Positions 59,139 to 64,000 of a stretch of DNA of 64,000 bases are shown piece after piece. The DNA comes from a bacterium. Lineage in GTDB: Bacteria > UBA10199 > 2-02-FULL-44-16 > JAAZCA01. Below the pieces are notes generated by a model. That model was not told the origin of the DNA, searched no databases, and saw only the letters and a list, made by a program, of their open reading frames with translations. The translations under genes were made by a program, and so were the position numbers. The stretch lies in the NCBI GenBank assembly GCA_963674695.2, contig CAXXGI010000002.1, forward strand, positions 640,001 through 704,000, read 5' to 3'. Each line of letters opens with the position of its first letter. Position 1 is the first letter of the stretch.

Positions 59139-60522
59139 CGCATTCTCCTTTCACATCGTTATGTGGCAACCCGTTTATATGATGTAAACCTTCATCGTTT
59201 TGAATGGCGTGCAGATATCTTTGTGTAAGTGCGCGAAACATGCCCCGGGCAATCTGGCATCCATCGCTCTTGGACATGATGGTGCCGTTGTTCTTGTAGG
59301 CATTGAGCGCGCAACCTCCTGCGCAGAGCCCCTCGATGTCACAGCCAGCACACCCGGGGATGTCGGGCGCTGAACGTCGTGCCAACCGTTGAAAGGTTCC
59401 CGAGCGCAGGGCCGCATCTATGTCGAAGATGGTGCCATAATGTTCGTCGAATCCAGGACACGGTTTGAGGGAGCCATCGGTGCTGACGCACAGCTCCCGT
59501 CCACAGGCAGCGCAGTTCGAGGGGGTGTTGGGCTGGCGAAACAGGCGTTGGAATGGCCATTGCCAGCTACCTCCGACGTGAACGTTCCGTGTGTTGGCAT
59601 AGTCGACTGCTTGAAGGAATCGATCGATGATTGCCTTCGTCGGAATGTGGAGTGATTTGTCCCGAATTTCTGCGTACGCATTTTGAAAGGTGAGTCGAAG
59701 CGAACGCTCTGCAGCGATATCGATAATGGCCTGAAGCTCATCACAGTTGTGATCGCCGACGGTACAGATGAGACAGAGTTTGTCGACTTTCGCACCCTGA
59801 AGGTGATCGAGTGCGCGAATGATCTGGTCGAAGGAACCGCTTCCGTTGCGCATGGTTCGGGTGCTGTCGTTTTGGGTGCGATTGCCGTCTAGGCTGACGG
59901 CGACATGGATGTTATGTTCCTTTAAGAAGATTGCCTTGTCTCGATCGATTAGAGTGCCGTTTGTGGCGATGCGGATGGATGTGATGCAGGATGTCCGCGC
60001 GATGCGTTCTTCGATGATTGGGATGGTATCGACGATACAGGGCCAGTTGAGCAGCGGTTCTCCTCCGAAGTATGAAATTGAGCCCGTGTGTTTGTGCTGA
60101 TCGAGGATGTCGCAAAAGAGGTGTATCGCTCTTTGTGCAACAGGGCGATTCATGAGCGTGGCATCTGTGTGGCAATTTACATAGCAATAGCTGCAGCGCA
60201 TATTACAGCTTTCGGCGACACACAACTTCATGTAATGAATGGAGGCTGTGGGGTCGGTGCCTGAAGGTGATTTTTTGGCTGGCACCGGTGTTGTTTCGAT
60301 GAATCCCTTTTGGATGAGTGTATCGATGAGGTCTAATGGAACCCGATGATCTCCGCATTGGAGACGATCACTATCCTGGGCCAGATGGGCGAGTTCCCAG
60401 ATCAGTTTTTCGCTCGCGAGACAACCATTGCCTCGAAGGGCGTGATAGATGAGACCATCCTGGCCGGGTTTTCCGAGGATGAAGCGGAAATATGGCGATA
60501 TGCGATGTCCGATTTGAACCAT
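59047..60522 (-). CDS. Radical SAM/SPASM peptide maturase with a putative N-terminal RRE
   Basis: CNMRCSYC, FGGEPLL, ATNG, SLDG; SPASM C..G....G.LKPC...C..C.....C.GGC...C; SD before ATG 60522. Confidence 0.92.
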   Translation of the reverse strand: MVQIGHRISPYFRFILGKPGQDGLIYHALRGNGCLASEKLIWELAHLAQDSDRLQCGDHRVPLDLIDTLIQKGFIETTPVPAKKSPSGTDPTASIHYMKLCVAESCNMRCSYCYVNCHTDATLMNRPVAQRAIHLFCDILDQHKHTGSISYFGGEPLLNWPCIVDTIPIIEERIARTSCITSIRIATNGTLIDRDKAIFLKEHNIHVAVSLDGNRTQNDSTRTMRNGSGSFDQIIRALDHLQGAKVDKLCLICTVGDHNCDELQAIIDIAAERSLRLTFQNAYAEIRDKSLHIPTKAIIDRFLQAVDYANTRNVHVGGSWQWPFQRLFRQPNTPSNCAACGRELCVSTDGSLKPCPGFDEHYGTIFDIDAALRSGTFQRLARRSAPDIPGCAGCDIEGLCAGGCALNAYKNNGTIMSKSDGCQIARGMFRALTQRYLHAIQNDEGLHHINGLPHNDVKGECDENIDRKKYSTITTNKTGAGQISTNIAPNG

Positions 60523-60560
60523 GCTTGCTCCCTTCCTTTCGCATGAACATGCTGCTTGAT

Positions 60561-60576
60561 AGCAAGGGCCGTGCCA
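60561..60576 (-). promoter_or_regulatory. sigma54 (-24/-12) promoter
   Basis: Minus strand TGGCACGGCCCTTGCT, near-consensus, 38 nt upstream of the rSAM start. Confidence 0.8.
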
Positions 60577-60731
60577 GTGAGAGTGGTTTAAGAGGACGCT
60601 CTGGAAGTTCTTGATATATTTAAGGTTGTTGAATGGTCGGTTGTTGCATCGTTTGTGCAAAAGAGCAGGTAGTGCACTAACTCGCGAACACGGTTGTTCG
60701 CTGAAATGAACAGGCATGGAATTGGCTTTGG

Positions 60732-60765
60732 GAAAAGAAAACCCCGCGGCATGACCGCGGGGTTT
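60732..60765 (-). terminator. Rho-independent terminator after the peptidase genes
   Basis: AAACCCCGCGG-catga-CCGCGGGGTTT with an A-rich flank. Confidence 0.78.
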
Positions 60766-60787
60766 GTCAGGCAATGAGTGGTCTTTT

Positions 60788-61867
60788 CTACACCAATACC
60801 TCTCCATCCTTCACGAGCTGCTTGCGTTTGCCGTCGGGGAAGATCAATTCAAATGACGTGCAGGTGATGGGGCTGTCCTTGGCGTAGACGATGTCCTGGT
60901 GGATGACGTTCTCCGGCGAGTTGAAATCCTTGACGCCCACCGTTCCGCCGATGTGATCGCTGCGGCCGTAGGCCCAGTGAAAACCCGCCTTTTCATCCTG
61001 CAGGACGCTTCCGATGATCGTGGCCTTGTCGTTGCAGCCCACGGCGACCTCGGCGATGTTGCACATCGCTTTGTCCGCGAGAATCTTTTCACGCGCGGCC
61101 TTCGTCTTCGGGCCGTCGCCCTGGATGTCGACGATGCGGTTCTGCTTGATCACGAAGACGGCGCGTTCGTCGCCGTAGGCGACCGGGAGTTCCCCCTCCG
61201 TCTTGCTGTCGGCAGCTTCGTTCGGCGTCATGAAGGTCTCGCCCGCGGGGAGATTGTGCAGGGCGTTGAGCGTGCCGGCGACCTTCGGTGGGAGCAGGCC
61301 GTCGTCCAAGTAGATGGCGTTATCGACGTTGATATCGAAGGTGCAGCGGTGCCCTGTCTCGAAGGTCGCTTCCGCGCTCACCGCCTCTTTGAACATCGGC
61401 GCCATGATGCGACATTTCTCGGCGACGTTGTTGTAGTCGGCGGCGAGCCCCGTCTCCTCCATCACGCGCGTCATGCCGGGCATGCTGCCGACGCGTAGCT
61501 TCGTGTTCGACTTGGTGTATCCCATGAGCGGCGCGGTGGCGGAAAACTGCGGCATCGCGATGCAGATGGTCGTCTTTTCCAGCACGTCGCCGATCGCGAC
61601 GGTGTCCTCGCCCATGGTGCCCTTCTCGGGAAAGTCGGCGTTGTTGGCACCCGTGGCCTCATAGTGCAGGAGCGGGTTCACGGTGATGCCCCACTCGTTT
61701 GCCTTGGCCGCGATCTGTTCCTGCCAATTCGTGGCGATGGCGCGACGATCCTTCCAGTCGGCCGTGTCGGCGATGTTCCCGTGCGGCGTGTCGTAGAGGA
61801 TCGTGAGCACGTCCCCCTTTTCAGGGGCGAAGATGTTCTGAAAGAATGTAACGACGTCGAATGCCAT
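60788..61867 (-). CDS. Aminopeptidase-like protein (M29/thermophilic metalloprotease type)
   Basis: SMPG, NLPAGE, NIAE...G.N, DEK..FH.AYG, HQD. Confidence 0.75.
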   Translation of the reverse strand: MAFDVVTFFQNIFAPEKGDVLTILYDTPHGNIADTADWKDRRAIATNWQEQIAAKANEWGITVNPLLHYEATGANNADFPEKGTMGEDTVAIGDVLEKTTICIAMPQFSATAPLMGYTKSNTKLRVGSMPGMTRVMEETGLAADYNNVAEKCRIMAPMFKEAVSAEATFETGHRCTFDINVDNAIYLDDGLLPPKVAGTLNALHNLPAGETFMTPNEAADSKTEGELPVAYGDERAVFVIKQNRIVDIQGDGPKTKAAREKILADKAMCNIAEVAVGCNDKATIIGSVLQDEKAGFHWAYGRSDHIGGTVGVKDFNSPENVIHQDIVYAKDSPITCTSFELIFPDGKRKQLVKDGEVLV

Positions 61868-61882
61868 GATGACCTCCTGAGT

Positions 61883-63118
61883 TTAGTCGATGTAGGCGTA
61901 GGCCCAGATCTTGGTGTCGTTGACGAGATTGTCGATGATGCAATATTCGTTCGGGCCGTGCAGCGTCTGATCGATGCGCGAATAGACGACACACGGAAAG
62001 CCCGCCTGACGGAAGAACTGTGCGACGGTGTTTCCGCCGGATCCGGCCGGTTTCGCGTCGACGCCATAGATCTGTTTGGCCGCGCGCGCAATGCTCTGCA
62101 CGATCGGCTCGTTCATCGATGTGGGCGGCGCGGCCTTCATGAGGTTTTCCACCGTTACTTGGGCGCTGCCGCCGAAGCGTTTGGCGATATCCTGCGCGCG
62201 TTCGGTGAAGGCCTTTTGGAAGACCGCCGGATCGACTTCCGGGAGCAGCCGGCAGTCGAAGAAGACGACGTCTTCGCCGGGGATCGTGTTGACGTTGCCG
62301 ACGTTCTGTACCTTCATCGTCGGCTCGAAGGTGCAGCTGGGCTCCGGGGTGAAGAGCGGATCCTTCTGCGGGAACTGCTCGCGCAGCGCCTCCATGCCGG
62401 TGATGATGTTGGCCGTGATGCGATGGGCGTTGATGCCGCTGGAAGGGTAGGCGCCGTGGGCCTGTTTGCCCTTGGCGGTCACCTTGAGCCAGAGTGTTGT
62501 CTTCTCGGCCACCTCGATCTCATCGCCCGCGCTGTTGCCGGCATCGGGGACGATGACGACGTCGTTCTTGCCGAAGAGATCACGGTGATTCTTGAGCACG
62601 TATTCGGCGCCGAAGCTGTTGCCGCATTCCTCATCCGCCACGAGGAGCAACCCCACGTTGCAGGTCGGGGTGATGCCCGCCTCTTTGAGCGCCTTGGCGG
62701 CGAAGATACCGGTGACGGAGGCCTGGTTGTTGTCCTCCGAGCCGCGTCCGTAGATGCGGCCGTCTTTCACGACCGCTTCAAAGGGGGGCGTGTTCCAGAG
62801 CTTGACGTCGCCTTCAGGGACGACGTCGATATGCGCCATCAGCCAGATCGTGCGGCTGGTGTCCGTTCCTTTGAGGACTGCGGCGTAGTTCGGGCGTACG
62901 CCGCCCTCAGCGCGCTCGTCCTTGGCCGGGAGCGCGGTGACGGTATCGAAGATCTCCTTCAAAATCGGTTCGAAATACTGCCCCTTCTCGTATTCCCCTT
63001 TGCCACCGCTGTCGGGCGAGACGGGCTTCATCGGGATGATCGCCTTCTGCATCGCGATCATCTCGTCCCGATACCCATCGATGGTGGCGCAGAGTTTTTC
63101 GAATGCCTGCTGATCCAT
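61883..63118 (-). CDS. M20 family metallo-hydrolase (ArgE/DapE type)
   Basis: AHIDVVP, YGRGSEDN, ADEE, GKQAH, HGPNE. Confidence 0.9.
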   Translation of the reverse strand: MDQQAFEKLCATIDGYRDEMIAMQKAIIPMKPVSPDSGGKGEYEKGQYFEPILKEIFDTVTALPAKDERAEGGVRPNYAAVLKGTDTSRTIWLMAHIDVVPEGDVKLWNTPPFEAVVKDGRIYGRGSEDNNQASVTGIFAAKALKEAGITPTCNVGLLLVADEECGNSFGAEYVLKNHRDLFGKNDVVIVPDAGNSAGDEIEVAEKTTLWLKVTAKGKQAHGAYPSSGINAHRITANIITGMEALREQFPQKDPLFTPEPSCTFEPTMKVQNVGNVNTIPGEDVVFFDCRLLPEVDPAVFQKAFTERAQDIAKRFGGSAQVTVENLMKAAPPTSMNEPIVQSIARAAKQIYGVDAKPAGSGGNTVAQFFRQAGFPCVVYSRIDQTLHGPNEYCIIDNLVNDTKIWAYAYID

Positions 63119-63257
63119 AACCCCTCCTTGTTGAAGTCCGGCCACCCTAAAACCCCCGCCAGGGGAAGTCAACCGATGCCAAAGTGCAAGCACCGCAAAC
63201 CATGCGATTGCCTGCCACGGCCCCATTCCCTTCGTCGCTCAGGCCACGCGCCAGCGT

Positions 63258-63638
63258 CACCGCGCTGCGCATCCTTCCCTTCATCGTGGGGCGCGCTTCG
63301 CTCGCTACCCCTCGCACAAAATCCGTTGGCTAACTAAGGAGTTCATATCCCACTGCACATCTGACTTCGGCTTATGGCCTGCGACTGCGTCAGATTTCGA
63401 CAAATATCCGTCAACGTAGCTACGGCTACGCCTCCGGATGTTTCTCTCATCTTCCTTGTCTCGGCTCATAATCCTGTGTCATCTGTGCAGTGGGATATGA
63501 ACTCCTTAGTAATCGACATTGAGGATCCTCCTTCGTCGGCTCTCAATACCGTGAAGCCAATCGGATTTTGTGTTTCGGGATACGCTCGTCTCGCAAACGC
63601 GCCTTTATACTCCTCCGGGAAGGATGCACAGCGCGGTG
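63258..63638 (-). ncRNA. Candidate structured RNA/ssDNA element, copy 2, interrupted by a MITE
   Basis: Outer arms 63258-63331 and 63555-63638 pair; shares loop/bulge sequences with 9561-9768. Confidence 0.5.
63333..63510. mobile_element. MITE-like element
   Basis: Perfect 27-bp inverted repeats (63333-63359 / 63484-63510); readable as TA-flanked AGGAG...CTCCT. Confidence 0.75.
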
Positions 63639-64000
63639 TGCCAAGAGAACCCATCTAAACGCACTGCTGGACGATGGCCTCAAGAGATCTATGTCACATT
63701 GTCGAGATTGCGGTATGCGTTACAACCTATTGTAATCACTGTATTATCAGAAAAATGAGGGGGCACCCCCCATCCGACAGGAAGAAAGTTGTTTGTGCGC
63801 GGAAATGCTGGCGTAGATTGAGAAGGCGAAGAATCGAAGATGATTCGATCTTCACCCTGAGGGTGAAGATCGGGACCGATAGTGCGGGTTGTCCCTCTTG
63901 TCCACATCCGGCGGTGGGTATCCCCTTCATTACTATGGTCGGAGTTTAGTCTGGAGGGAGACTGCAAAAAAAAAAGGGAAGCCCCTCTTTTCCTCTCGGA

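Noticed and set aside
60523-60807. N-terminal extension of the rSAM ORF
   Set aside because: Spans a terminator and the sigma54 promoter; the SD supports ATG 60522
63640-64000. Small ORFs or an RNA gene at the window end
   Set aside because: No motif support; only a short palindrome near 63847-63872 and a partial terminator-like sequence

Overview
GC-rich bacterial chromosome segment; MYXO-CTERM-like anchors and the gene content suggest a deltaproteobacterial (Myxococcota/Bdellovibrionota-like) lineage, which is inference. The housekeeping backbone is serC-serA-nfi, tadA, two tRNA-Ser genes, arfB, ffs-dnaX-ybaB-recR and two peptidases. It is interspersed with orphan genes (one of about 2900 aa), a sigma54-driven divergent Tad/Flp pilus locus carrying a MazF-type toxin-antitoxin pair and an IS256, and several palindromic/heptamer repeat families. 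The best candidates for something undescribed are: (1) a sigma54-driven radical SAM/SPASM + Cys/Asp-rich peptide + protease cluster resembling a ranthipeptide RiPP system; (2) a ~210-nt structured element present twice with covarying stems and conserved loops; (3) a recurring FliA/sigma28-like promoter (MAACTT-N-GCCGAWAA) in front of most orphan genes, two of which share a Met/Pro-rich C-terminal tail; (4) a surface protein built like a polyprotein, with an internal membrane anchor, a second signal peptide and a duplicated domain. All calls are by eye from motifs; no searches were run.
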